DNA of 64,000 bases, taken from contig NC_043006.1 in the NCBI RefSeq assembly GCF_006345805.1, positions 97,464,001 through 97,528,000 on the forward strand, read 5' to 3'. A model generated the notes under the pieces. The model was not told the DNA's origin. It made no database searches and worked only from the letters and a program-made list of their open reading frames with translations. Below, piece by piece: positions 39,621 through 52,189 of the stretch. The DNA comes from Octopus sinensis (lineage: Eukaryota). The translations under genes were made by a program, and so were the position numbers. How positions within the stretch are numbered: the first letter of the stretch is position 1; every line of letters starts with the position of its first letter.

Positions 39621-40886
39621 CGAGGGGCGTTCAATAAGTAATGCCCCTGACCCACTTGCAGTTGTTTGATCTAACTGAAATTTTGCATGTGCATTTATTC
39701 ATATCTCTATAGATTAAGTGGCAAATTACAGCTCTGAATTAATTGTGGTTTCTGATTTACAGGTGTTTGAACCGAGTCAAGTGTGAAATGGAGCCAGTTG
39801 AGTGTCGAGCAGTGATCCGGGTTTTGTATTTGAAAGGACGCACACCACGGGAGACTTTTGATGAAATGAAAGTAACTTATGGTGATGATGCCCCATCATA
39901 TGACCTTGTAAAACGATGGCATCGTGGATTCAAACCTGGTTGGAACTCTGTGGAAACAGCTCCCAGATCTGGTCGCCCCCCTTCTGCCATTGATGAGGCA
40001 TCTGTCCGTCAAGTTGAGGCAAACAATTTTGGAAGATCGACGCATAACTATTCGCCAAATAGCCCATGAGGTCAAGATTAGTACCGGGTCTGTGGAAACT
40101 ATCATTCATGACCATTTGCATATGCAAAAGGTGTCTTCTAGATGGATTCCCAGGTTGCTCACACCTTTCCAGAAGCAAGAACGCGTCGAGTGCTTGGGGA
40201 TGAATTTGGAGATGTGCCAAGAAGATGAGTCAAAATTTTTCAAAAGACTGATTACACAGGATGAAACCTGGGTCCATCACTATGATCCAGAGACCAAATC
40301 CCAGTCAATGCAGTGGAATCACCGTGATTCACCGCCTCCAAAGAAGGCAAGGGTACAGCCCTCCGCTGGCAAGGTCATGCTCACAGTCTTCTAGGACCAG
40401 GACGGAGTAGTGATGACAGATTTCCTGACAAAGGGTACCACAATTACAGGAGCCTATTATGCTTCACTTTTGAGGAAATTAAGAGAAACTATCAAAATCA
40501 AGAGGCGGAGCAAGATCAGCAAAGGCATCCTCCTCCTGCAGGACAATGCTCCGGTCCACAACTCGCTTGTCGCCAGATCAGAAGCACAGGCGTGCGGCTA
40601 TGAACTCCTCCCCCATCTGATTTTCACCTCTTCCCAGCCATGAAGATGTTTTTGAAAGGAAAGCGTTTCCCAGATGATGCAGCCTTGATTTCTGAAGTCA
40701 CGTCGTGGTTGGAGGACCAAGCTGGGGTCTTCTACAAAAAAGGTCTCCAGAGCTGCATCAAACGATGGGAGAAATGCGTAACTCTGGGTGATTCCTATGT
40801 AAAAAAAGACTAATAACTTTGGCAAGTGTCGTTGCTCTACTGCTATGGGAAGTGGGTCAGGGGCATTACTTATTGAACGCCCCTCG
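39621..40886 (+). mobile_element. mariner element (irritans/Himar1-like), young, pseudogenised transposase at 39788-40813
   Basis: Perfect 37-bp TIRs, TA TSD; SSRWIPRLLT, ITQDETWVHHYDPE, QDNAPVH; frameshift near 40020, TAG at 40392, YSPDL segment deleted. Confidence 0.96.
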
Positions 40887-40949
40887 TATGTGTATATATA
40901 TATGTATATATATGTATATATGTATATATATATATATATGTATGTGTGT

Positions 40950-41160
40950 GTATGTTTGTGTGTTTGTCCCCCTAGCATTGATTGACAACCGATGCTGGTG
41001 TGTTTACGTCCCCGTCACTTAGCGGTTCGGCAAAAGAGACCGATAGAATAAGTACTGGGCTTACAAAGAATAAGTCCCGGGGTCGATTTGCTCGACAAAA
41101 GGTGGTGCTCCAGCATGGCCGCAGTCAAATGACTGAAACAAGTAAAAGAGTAAAATAGAG
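40950..41160 (+). mobile_element. Family A SINE, 3' half
   Basis: gcggttcggcaaaagagaccgatag..gactgaaacaagtaaaagag. Confidence 0.88.
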
Positions 41161-41356
41161 TATATGTATATATATGTATATATATATGTACATGTATGTA
41201 TATATATGTATACATATATATGTATATATATATATGTATGTTTTATATATATATGTATATGTATATATATATGTAAGTATATATTGCATGTATATATATG
41301 TATGTATATATATATATATATGCATAAATATATGTATATAGATATATGTATGTATA

Positions 41357-41401
<45 letters not shown>

Positions 41402-41404
<3 letters not shown>

Positions 41405-41867
41405 ATTTACAAAATGAGGACAAAAGACATTCTAATGCCAAATATGCCGAAAAAAAGACAAAAAATGTCAATAACCATTATAATTTATGCGTCTCGAAAC
41501 AAACCGATAGAAATTTCTAAAAAATCCGTTATTACCGTATCGGTCCCAATTTCTGGGTAAGTATTTCACTTATATCTCACGTATTTATCGCTGAAGAGGA
41601 GAAAATTCCTATGAATTAACCCCGAAATTGGGACCGATACGGTAATAACGGACTTTTTAGAAATTTCTATCGGTTTTTTTCGAGACGCATAAATTATAAT
41701 GGTTATTGACAATTTTTCTCTTTCTTTAGGCATATTTGGAATTAGAATTTTTCTTTTGCCCTCAATTTGTAAATTATTTATAAATTTAACCTTTAAAGGT
41801 ATTTTTTGATATGGTGGCCATTGATAACATTTTTTTTCCGAAAAACATTTTATCCTACATTAGTTAT
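41402..41867 (+). repeat. Inverted repeat of about 160-bp arms with hammerhead-like spacer and a roughly 90-bp tail, within (TA)n (Penelope-like)
   Basis: Arms about 41402-41560 and 41617-41778; tatcg-CTGAAGA..cccc-GAAA..cgata at 41586-41639. Confidence 0.85.
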
Positions 41868-42679
41868 ATATATATATATAGTCTGAAGCAATTCAAGCCT
41901 GAGCATTGACTGGAATAACAATTAGGTAAGTTTGCATATGTCTGTGAATTAAGGAATTCCATGAAGCGGTTTGCTATCCGAATACCCACATGTTGTTGTT
42001 GTTGGCGTTGCTGTTGTTTAACCCCATTGCAATTTCAGATAAGTAGATAAAGGATCGGAGGCATTCAGATGTGTACATCTAGTCTCTTTTATGAGTGTAT
42101 GGTACTACATTATATAAATTGTCCCTTCTATCATGAGTCTTACTTTTCGCAGGCCACACTTAGTATCAATGGAGACACCTCGTTTTTTCTATTGCTTAAT
42201 CTTATGATCATGAAATATCGTTAATTCTATAATGCAGACATTTTCAACCTCCTTTTGTACGACTCATATGAGTCGCGTATGACCCGTGTGTTTTCTGCGA
42301 ATTTCTGCAGCAGAAACAAATTTATAATATTTAGGCAGCTTAAGAGTTAAGTAGTTTCGAATTTGATATTGTCCAGATCAGTTGTATGTGATTATTTGTA
42401 TGTGATTAATTGTTTGTAACTTACATCTCTAATACTAAAACATTACTGTGTGTGCCTGCTTTCCAGGCTTTGAATTCCGAACTTAAATATAACTTTAAAT
42501 TCAGTTCACCTCTGAAATCCTTTACCAAGAATCTGTATACTTCTTAGAAAGCAAACACCTTACTTGGAAGCATCGTCTGCACCCCACCCCAATTTTTCAA
42601 CACAAACAATGCAGGCTCCTCGAAGCTACATTTATCTTCTTTTAAAATACGAAATACAAAACAGTAACTAGATTCAGAA

Positions 42680-43110
42680 GCCAGAACCCTGTGTAGTTGT
42701 TAACAGAATTACATACAAATGTCTAGGCACGAATGGAATCGCTGGGAAGAACAGACCAATTATCTGCAATGATTTACATTGAGATTTATTGCATGTCATG
42801 ATGAACGTCATTTGACCTGGAAACTGTTATCACGAAAGATAAATGATAGAGTTGGGTCGTAAGGTCTCAGTTTAATTCGTAACACAATGACAGGTTTTCC
42901 GAAATGATCAATTCCTCTAACAATGTCGACTTCAATCATGCTCTCATATAAATGGATTACTGGAATCCTTGTCCCTACTGTAATGCCCATTAACCTTATT
43001 TAAGTTTCGCAATAGCATCGTAGTGTATTCTTTTATAACTACTTTCGTTCATCTTGAGATTCTTCAATTCTCAGTGCTTCGTCTTTTCCATTATTACTCT
43101 CTTTTAACTA
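42680..43110 (-). mobile_element. Helitron PIF1-helicase C-terminal fossil
   Basis: GTRIPVIHLYESMIEVDIV..GKPVIVLRIKLRPYDPTLSFIF resembles NGTRL..PRI.L.P....LPF. Confidence 0.75.
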
Positions 43111-43485
43111 CAAAGTGTGTGTATGTGTGTGTGTGATTGTGTGATTCAAAGAGAAAGTGAAAGAGAGAGTGTTTGTGTGTGCGTATGTATGTGCATATGT
43201 ATGTGTGCGTGTTTCCTTGACACCAATCGATTTACTTGGGTATCTTCATGCTATTATACTTACCATGCATGTTGTATGTATGGCGGCAGTGGTGAGTCCT
43301 TTGCATCAATGTCATGCTATACGTCTCCTCGTATTCATGTCGATGAAATTATATGACAAGCACTTTCATATTTCTATTTTTCTTTCGTAAATGCATATGC
43401 TATACTATATACGTACTGAACAATCATATATGCTTTATTCATTTCCTTTTCCTTTTCTCTGAATCTCAGTTATTTTATCTCCCAG

Positions 43486-43546
43486 GAAAACGTTTTTCAG
43501 ATATTCTGGTACTCATATTTGTATTACTGCAAACGCAGTAGACAAT
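43486..43546 (+). CDS. Candidate exon D (ENVFQIFWYSYLYYCKRSRQ, phase 0 to 1)
   Basis: ttattttatctcccAG acceptor, GTAAGT donor, phases fit exons C and E; a second frame is also open. Confidence 0.55.
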
Positions 43547-43729
43547 GTAAGTTTAACCGACAATACACATATAAGTGAGATAACTAACCACTATTTAACA
43601 CCGTCGTACATATTCGGTAAGTTATTTCTGTAAAGATAGACATTAGTTAAATAAGAATTATTAGAAAGACGGAGGAATAAAACTACAACTCAAAAGGTAA
43701 GATAAACATGTTATCAACAAAAATGAGAC

Positions 43730-44130
43730 AAAGAGATTAAAGTAAAAACGGAAAAGAAGAAGACATGGCGACTCAAGTATTCCAATATGGAGGAAAGTAT
43801 ATGTTGAGATGCTAATGCGAAATTTAAATAAGGTTAATGAGTCTTGCAATGGGACAAGAATTCCATTTATATGAAAGCATGATTGAAGTTGGTTACGAAA
43901 GTCGGTCATTTTGGAAAACCTGCCATTGTGCTAAGAATTAAACTGAGACCTTTTGACTGCCTTCTGTCATTCACCTTTCGCGCTTGCAGTTTCCAGGTCG
44001 AATGGCGTTCGCCATGACAGTCAATAAATCTCACTGCGAATTATCGAGTAAAATAGATCCGTTCATCTCAATGATTCCAATTGTGCCCAGGCATTTGAAT
44101 GTAGTTCTGTCAGCAACTATACAGGCTTTT
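43730..44130 (+). mobile_element. Helitron PIF1-helicase fossil, inverted partner of 42680-43110
   Basis: MLMRNLN..CNGTR..QFPGRMAFAMTVNKS (FAMTINKSQG motif). Confidence 0.8.
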
Positions 44131-44229
44131 AACATTGTCATTTCTAAATTTAGTTACCTTTGTTGGTATTTCGTATTTACAAGGACGTGGACAATTTCAA
44201 TGATGGCAACGAATCAAATGTAGATGATA

Positions 44230-44780
44230 TAGTAGTACTTAATTCACAAAGTGATGTCGATGTTGGTATTGGTTCCAAAAGCGAAGTACGCCAGGATAAT
44301 AAAAAACTATTTGTTCTTGGATTTATTTTATCAAAAGAAATGCTGTCACAGCTTGTGTGTGTGTTGCTTGTATTGAGAAATTGGCTGACCAAGCGAGGTT
44401 TCCAAGTATGCTGAAAACACACCTTCAGGACAAAGCCTCATGACTGATACAAGCAATCTATTGAATTCTTTCGAAGGCTCACGACCGATGGAACTCGTCA
44501 GGCTTAATAATTTATCAAACCTATAATTATTTCGGACAAAGCACAAGAAGCAAGTCACGCTGTTGTATAAATCATGACAAAAGTTTTGAATCACATTCAG
44601 TTGCCGAGTTACTAATTTTACTCATATGTTGTAAAAGTGTGTATCTTCGGTTTGGCGAAGAACGTGAGAAAAAAAAAGCAACAACTCCTTAGTTGCATAG
44701 CACTGTTAGTGGATGCATAAAACATGTGACAAGATATGAGAACTTACTCTATACTAATTAGATGAACGACTCAATAAGAT
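44230..44780 (+). mobile_element. hAT (Charlie/Buster-type) transposase N-terminal fossil
   Basis: Frameshifted remnants resembling VRQY...LGF, CV.C.EKL, LKRHL.TKH and EAS..V. Confidence 0.6.
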
Positions 44781-44923
44781 GTGTTTAAACAAGGAAATCC
44801 ATCGAGCCCTGGTAACTTTGAACGTCCAATCGATCTGTCTGTAATAGAAACATCATAGAATAATTTTCATTTTGCAATTCCAGAAGCACCAAAATGCGAA
44901 GATATACTTATTAACATCGACAA

Positions 44924-45212
<289 letters not shown>

Positions 45213-45636
45213 TAATATATATATATATGTATGTACGTGTGTGTGTTTGTATATATGTATATATATATATATATATATATGTATTGTACATAAAGGATAA
45301 AGAACTCCGCTGTTTCTCATTAATTTCTCTTCCGTCAACTTTTTCCTGAAGAGTGTCCGAAACTTGAATTCACGTCCATCACGGTAACTCCTCTATAGAC
45401 TTTCTGTCGACTTTTCTGAACAAATCTGACCGGCGAAAACCAACGTGTGTCACTCTGGAGTATGATCATGGAATTTTTCTAATGCTGTGAATATTTATTT
45501 CTGTTATCATGATTTCCCATAGAAAGCATGTATCAGCACCTGCATGGCCAGTGCCCTGTATGTAACGAAAAAGTTCAATGAATTCTCCGCACTGATCAGG
45601 CAAAATTACCCTGTATTATTTTTTCCTTCTTTACAG

Positions 45637-45746
45637 GGGGAATTCATAATTTTAAAATCATTAACTCTTTGACTATAAAGGATTATAAAAGAAGCACTAA
45701 ATGTGACTGTCAGAATGGATCAATTACATCAAGAGCAGGCCGTTAA
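45637..45746 (+). CDS. Candidate terminal exon E (W-GIHNFKIINSLTIKDYKRSTKCDCQNGSITSRAGR*)
   Basis: Strong acceptor ttttttccttctttacAG; the phase-1 frame is the longest open frame and ends TAA at 45744-46. Confidence 0.5.
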
Positions 45747-48407
45747 TATCAAGATAGCTTTCTTCACTCTGTTCTTTCATGGAAGTGCAAGCTATTCATA
45801 CACAGCTTCTACTGCACGCGGGAGTAAGATGATTGAAATAGGATGCTATCAAAATTTTTTGAATTTGAGGATATAGCAGCTTCCTCATAGGACATGATGG
45901 GAAGGGTTAGATGAAAGCGAGTGGTAAGGTTAGACTGGAAGTGACACATAATGAATTAAAGGAGCCTTTAGTATAATAATTTACTTGAGATATATATAGG
46001 AGATTAACAGGTATAACGCCCCATTTGATGTGATCACCTCAACAGCAAGCTTTCAAAGTAAGCGGAGATCTGTGGGGGTTTATTGTATTACATACACTTC
46101 ATTGATGTAATGATGAAATCGTTGCATTGTTCAATTGAATGGAGTTGCGTGAAACAATCGTACTGCATTACCTCCGGATATCCTTGTTGCTTATTTTGAT
46201 TTTAATCACCTCATTTTGAAATTATAAGGCAGTGCTCCAGCATGGCCGCAGTCAAATGACTGAAACAAGTAAAAGAGTAATACCGTACTAAATTCTGGTG
46301 CCTTAAGTACCATATTCATCTGAATCTATATGTGTGTGTGTGTGGTGTGTGTGGTGTGTGTGTGTGGTGTGTAAGAATGTATGCATGTACGTGTCTATAG
46401 AACGTAACGTTTCAATTGATCTCAAATGTTCAATCGTTAAAAGACCTTCAAGAAGGAGGCTAATTCACTTAGAAATAGTATTATAGAAATAGTATTATAA
46501 GTGATACTTTCAGTCTTGCTGAAGATATTTGGTCTCCAAAATTACTTAAGGAGCAATTAAGTAATATTTTAGGCTTAGAAAATCATAATGAAATATCGCT
46601 TTAATTTTGTTGCTTTGCCGTGTTTGGTTCCCTTGATGTTGGAGTCCCTTTTCTGCACAGTTTCTTCAACAATTCTTTGCTTCGATGACTTCTTTTTGTG
46701 TAACTGTTTATAGATTTCACGTTAACACACGTTAACAGATTTATTTAAATCTAGCTTCTGGAATAGTCTGTAATTATTTTATTGGCCTCGAAATATAAGT
46801 CTTTGGACACGAAAATCTGCGTTGGTTTTTGAACGTATGAAAAGTTTTATCAAGCAAACCTTTAAGAGTGAAGAAGTAAACAGGAGTCTCTAATTTTTTT
46901 TTTTTTAGATCTAATTCTTCATCTCATCAAGCTTTTCATTTTAATGATGTCTTCCTTTGTGAGCTCTTGCTTGTGCGACTGATACAGATCATTTGTCATT
47001 CGTAGAAACATGAAGGTGCAATTGATTTGTAATATCATCGATCGCTACTGTTTCATTTCGAACAACATCTGCTGGTTCTTCAAATGCCATTATCAATAAA
47101 TTGAGGGCAGAGTTTGTTCCAAGAGTCTTTCATATTTTGTCTCTGTAATTTGTTCCTGGTTCCTTTCATTATTTTTACTGCTTCCAAACCATTGAAGGAT
47201 TTCTAAATTTCCTTTAGAGTTGGCCCTCTTTTCTCATCAATAACATTTGTTACTGAACAAATGTGCGCCAAGGATATAACACATTAAATGTTGCAATATC
47301 GTTGCAATAATACATTGATCTTTTAGTTGCAAAAGTCACGTATTTGGCGTCATAAGCAGTAAGCTAACATATGGATGGTAATGCTATAGAGATTTTAGAT
47401 GACAAGGCGCATTATCTACGATCAGTCGAATATGAAATGGGATATTTTTGTCTTTGTAATTTTATATTTGTTCCAGGCACAGTGTTGCAAAACGAGATCT
47501 TCAAGTAGTGGAGCAGTAAATCAAGTCTTTTTTTTGTTTTTACATGACTAGAAATGTAGGTCTTATATGCCCTTTAATGCCCCTCAGCAAAATAATGTAG
47601 TCAATACATACTTAGACGAATATTTCTCTATGTCTTTCACAGAAAGGTTTTATACTACACTACACACAAAAGCTCTCACACACACGCGCGCGCGCACATA
47701 CATTAACACACACATCAATACATACGCACACACACACGCGCCCACACGCACACACACCACACACGCAAACACAGACATATATAATATTTAATGAATGCGG
47801 ATGATTTATCTGACCTACTTCAAGTTTCATGGTCAGAAAGTGCAATATTTTATATAATGCTTCAGACTCGTGAAAAATTACGAGAAAATAAAGAAAAGGT
47901 TTAAAGGACAAGAGATACTTCATACTTAGAAGCTAGGTTATGTAGCTTTAAAGGCAAGAGTCGAATATATCAGATAATTCTTGCCAAAAGAAGAATAGGA
48001 ATATTGCTAATGTTGAATATTGCTAATGTTTTTATCTTGGGAATAATTGCTATCTAGAACCTGCAAGAATAAATAACTACGAGATGTGTTTGAAAGAAGT
48101 AAGTCTAATGTGAGTTTAAATGCGTGTCTAACCTGGTGAGGCGGTATCCTTGAAACTGACATTAGAAAATTGTCGAGATATATGCATCTTGAATGGATAG
48201 TGTAAAACATCATTACATCTGTTTCAATAACTAGTTTAATTGAAATACATATCCGCTACATAAATTATTAGGTAAGCTTACGTCAATTCGTATTCTTAAA
48301 CAGTTGCTATCACTTCAGGTGTTATTCTACCAAAGATATAAACTAGAATATGAAGCCATGGAAGAAGACTGTTAACACAGACACAGACACAGACACACAC
48401 ACACACA

Positions 48408-48449
<42 letters not shown>

Positions 48450-48482
48450 TATACACAGACACTGCACTAGTTTTTAATATAT

Positions 48483-48895
48483 ATTCTTTTATTTGTTTAC
48501 TTGTTTCAGTCATTTGACTGCGGCCATGCTGGAGCACCGTCTTTATTCGAACAAATCGACTCCATTGTTTGTAAGCCAAGTAATTATTCTATCGGTCACT
48601 TTTGCCGAACCGCTACGTTACGGGGACATAAACATACCATCATCGGTTGTCAAGTTATAGTGGGGAGGACAAACACATACACACAAACATACCCACGCAC
48701 ACACACAGGCGCACGCATACACACACATATACAACAGGCTTCTTTCAGTTTCCGTCTACCAAATCCACTCACAATGTGACGACGAGTTTGCCTTTCATCC
48801 TTTCGGGGTCGATAAAGTAAGTACCAGTTGAGTTTCGGGATCGATATAATCGCATTCTCCCCCTCCGGACTTGGTCTTGTGCCAAAAGTTGAAAC
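48483..48895. mobile_element. Family A SINE (minus, 5'-truncated) fused to a family B 3' half (plus)
   Basis: Motif matches; junction near 48775-48785. Confidence 0.8.
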
Positions 48896-49393
48896 TAACA
48901 CATGTAGTATAAATACAATAAATAATATGAAAAAAGACAAGGCAAGAATAAAATGGTTTTACCACAAAGTTTTAGCTTAACACTTTAATGGAAAAAAAAG
49001 CAAGTTTCAACGTTTCGGATATTGCTCAAACTTCAGCCAAACACATATATTTATTTATAAACATGATGATATATTTATTCATAAACATAGATTTTAATGA
49101 ACGTTCATGCATAAGATAATTAGAGGTGCAATTAATCTATAATGAGCAGAAATATTTGCGAAATCCATGGCCAGTGCGAGGCAAATAACAACTAAGAAAT
49201 TTTATAAGTCCCCTCGTCTGAACTGTTTATTTGTTTTGATTTCCTACATAGTCATTTCGTATATTCTCGTATATTCTCAGGTATTCTCATCTAAAAGGGA
49301 AACTATTGGCAGCATTATCAAGTGAATCAATTGAAGATTTGCAGATACTTCAACCACATGAAGCGATTGATTGTGCGCGCGCGTATATGAGTG

Positions 49394-49545
49394 TGTACAT
49401 GTGTGTGCGTGTGTGTGTGCGTGTGTGTGTACATGTGTGTGCGTGTGTGTGTGCGTGTGTGTGTACATGTGTGTGCGTGTGTGTGTGCGTGTGTGTGTAC
49501 ATGTGTGTGCGTGTGTGTTTGCGTGTTTGTGTGCATGCGTGTGTG
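49394..49545. repeat. 34-bp higher-order minisatellite derived from (GT)n
   Basis: gtacatgtgtgtgcgtgtgtgtgtgcgtgtgtgt repeated about 4 times. Confidence 0.85.
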
Positions 49546-49819
49546 TGTATTTATGTACAAATGAAACATATGTTGTAATTTTTCCCATTAATACACCAAT
49601 GTGAGCGTACGCAACGTAATGAACCATCAAATTTAAATTAATTAAAATCTCACTTTTAGTGATGAAAATAATCATTATGCATGCAAATAACAGATTATGG
49701 TAAAAAATCAAAACAAAATGGCGACAATAAGAAATTTCTAATTAATGGAAATTCATAAAGATATATAATACAGTGAAGGAGTGAGTGTGTTATTTTTGTA
49801 GTAGATGGATAATATATCT

Positions 49820-50170
49820 ATCCTATGCGGTCGGGCAACTTGCTTGGAATAATGCAACTTTTTCACGTCATCCGTCTCGATCTTTCATAGCTGTCTTCGG
49901 ATCCTCAATCGGATATCTGGTGTCTTCCACAAGCTGGTCAGTGTATGCGCTTCTTGGTCTGCCAGTATCTGTATGTGAATGTGTAATTGCTTAGGGGATG
50001 GTAGGAAGGCCGCCACATAGTGGCTGCTTTGTAAGGTGTTGCTGCCAAGAAGAACTGAGAACTGCTCGAAGTATTCTCGTGGATGTAGCGTCCAGCTTCT
50101 TTTGAAGTCTCTTACTCTGTGTTCGTAATGAAGAGCTACAGAGAAATACTGATTCAACGATGGATAATCC
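49820..50170 (-). mobile_element. RTE-clade LINE 3' fragment
   Basis: LQKKLDATSTRILRAVLSSSWQQHLTKQPLCGGLP; GRP..Y.DQLVEDT. Confidence 0.8.
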
Positions 50171-50637
50171 CGGATGGATTTCGGTCGTATGCGGTCGTGC
50201 TAGCGAGCTATCCTTCAACCGTGACTGATAGATCTTAGAACGACCAGAATGACGTAATAACTTACAAGAATGACCGATGGCAACTGCCCGGAGACGCTTG
50301 CTGCAAAGCTATCATTATGGCCTTCCTCTTTCTGCTATTGCGGCATTGTCTCTGTCTTACATCAGTCCAGAAATTTCAGTCGTAATGTAAAGTTATTGGC
50401 ATTTCACTTGTATGCAGAGAGAAAAACCATTTGAACCGTAGTCCATAGAGACAAATGTGAGCTTCAGAATGAATTAAGCACCCCAATTACAATCTCTTAA
50501 TCTTCACTAATACACTTTCACAGCGTAATCTGTGGATGCATATGTTATGCATGTGTGTGTGTGTGTGTGCAAGGTGTTTGGATGTGTTTCTCTGTGTATA
50601 GATATGTATGAATATGTGAGCCCCTGTGTGTGTATGT

Positions 50638-50669
<32 letters not shown>

Positions 50670-51496
50670 ATGCAGACATGAATTTATTGTCTGTTTAATT
50701 ATATTATTTCTATATTGACTCTTCTCAGCGTGTCTGAAAGTTAATGTTTCTTAATTGAATTGATTAATTAATGTTTATTAACTTTTCTCTCCGACTGCTA
50801 TCAATTTTCTTTGCTCCAGCTTGAGAATACCATGTAGGAATTCCTACTACCATTCCAAACGAAGTAAGAACGATATGATTGAAGCAAACAAACATCTGGT
50901 TTTGACCAATAATTTGCTCTGTCCATTTTGTTGTTTCGCTTAAGTTACTCTGTAATCTAGCTGACCATTTCCTCAGATTTAGTATTTCTAGGAGTATATT
51001 ATTTAATGAGTCCTTCTTTTATGTATGAAAGTAAGATGATTTTTACGGAGCTTTAGCTGGTTTTTCTATCAGACTGTTCGGCTCGTTTACGTACAAGCGT
51101 CCTTATTGTTGTTTTTATCGACCAAAGGTGTTCAAACTGTGACTAACAACGTAGTTTAGAATTCAGAAGTAGTATATAAGGGTCTATATTATACATTGCC
51201 TGTTTTGCTAACAGTAGTGCATGTTATATGAGCAGATTTAGCTTGTTTTCTGAAGGAATTTCTTACATTATTGTTAATTAACAATAAGGGTCAGTTATGA
51301 TCCAATAAAGCCAATGATCAAATGGGTTCCCAGCGTCACTATTGCATGCCAAATATATTAAAATATGTCTCATTCTACATACTGACAACAATATTTAATG
51401 GTGTCAGTTTTCTTTCTTCAACAATAAGGTTATTAAATTATTATTATTATCTTGTTTACTATATCAACAAGATATAGTAAACAACAGTAAAACAAT

Positions 51497-51643
51497 ATTA
51501 TTTACATTATTTACATTAGACGGATATTTGTCCTCATCTTGTTTATTGTTAACACAACGTTTCGGCTGATATACCCTCCAGCCTTCTTCAGGTGTCTCGA
51601 GGAAATTTGGAACCTGGGTGATCATTCCTAAGGTATTTTTCGA

Positions 51644-51678
<35 letters not shown>

Positions 51679-51950
51679 GTGTTCAGGTCACTGCTTGGAA
51701 TCGAACTCGGAATCTTGAGGTTAGTAGCCCGTGCTCTTAACCACTACACCCAGGGGCATATGACCTGAACACTAACAACAACAACAAAACAACAACAACA
51801 ACAACAGCAGCAGCAGCAGCAGCAGCAACAACAACAACAACAACAACAACAATAATAAAAATAATAATAATAATATTAATAATAGTAATAATAACATCGA
51901 AAAATACCATAGGAGTGAGAATCTAGGTTCGAAATTTCCCCAAGACACCT
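51497..51950 (-). mobile_element. tRNA-headed SINE-like element with hammerhead ribozyme (51750 to 51497), plus an inverted partial copy (51761-51950)
   Basis: A/B-box head at 51691-51750, (AAT)n, hammerhead at 51551-51596, short tandem tail; inverted copy read directly. Confidence 0.8.
51551..51596 (-). ncRNA. Minimal type I hammerhead ribozyme
   Basis: gacac-CUGAAGA-a-ggcug(gaggguauau)cagcc-GAAA-cg-UU-guguu: core intact, loopless palindromic stem III (aacgtt). Confidence 0.8.
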
Positions 51951-52189
51951 CATTTCTTAAATATAGAACTGAGTAATACAATAGTCAAGGTCCATTTTGG
52001 TTGCACAGTTGTGAATATATGTGTATGTATGTAAAAATCCAGGCGAATATTATTTAAGCACACTGTAGGAGTAAAAACTTGGCTAACTGACCCGGGTCTG
52101 TAAAATACCGGTGCCTGTCCAACTTGTAAAGTCAAAGTTCATTCACCTAAAAATTCCGTATATGGTCACAATATATATATGTATATGTA

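Noticed and set aside
45340-45370. CTGAAGA..GAAA motif (also CTGACGA at 37274)
   Set aside because: No credible stem II here, and no GAAA at 37274
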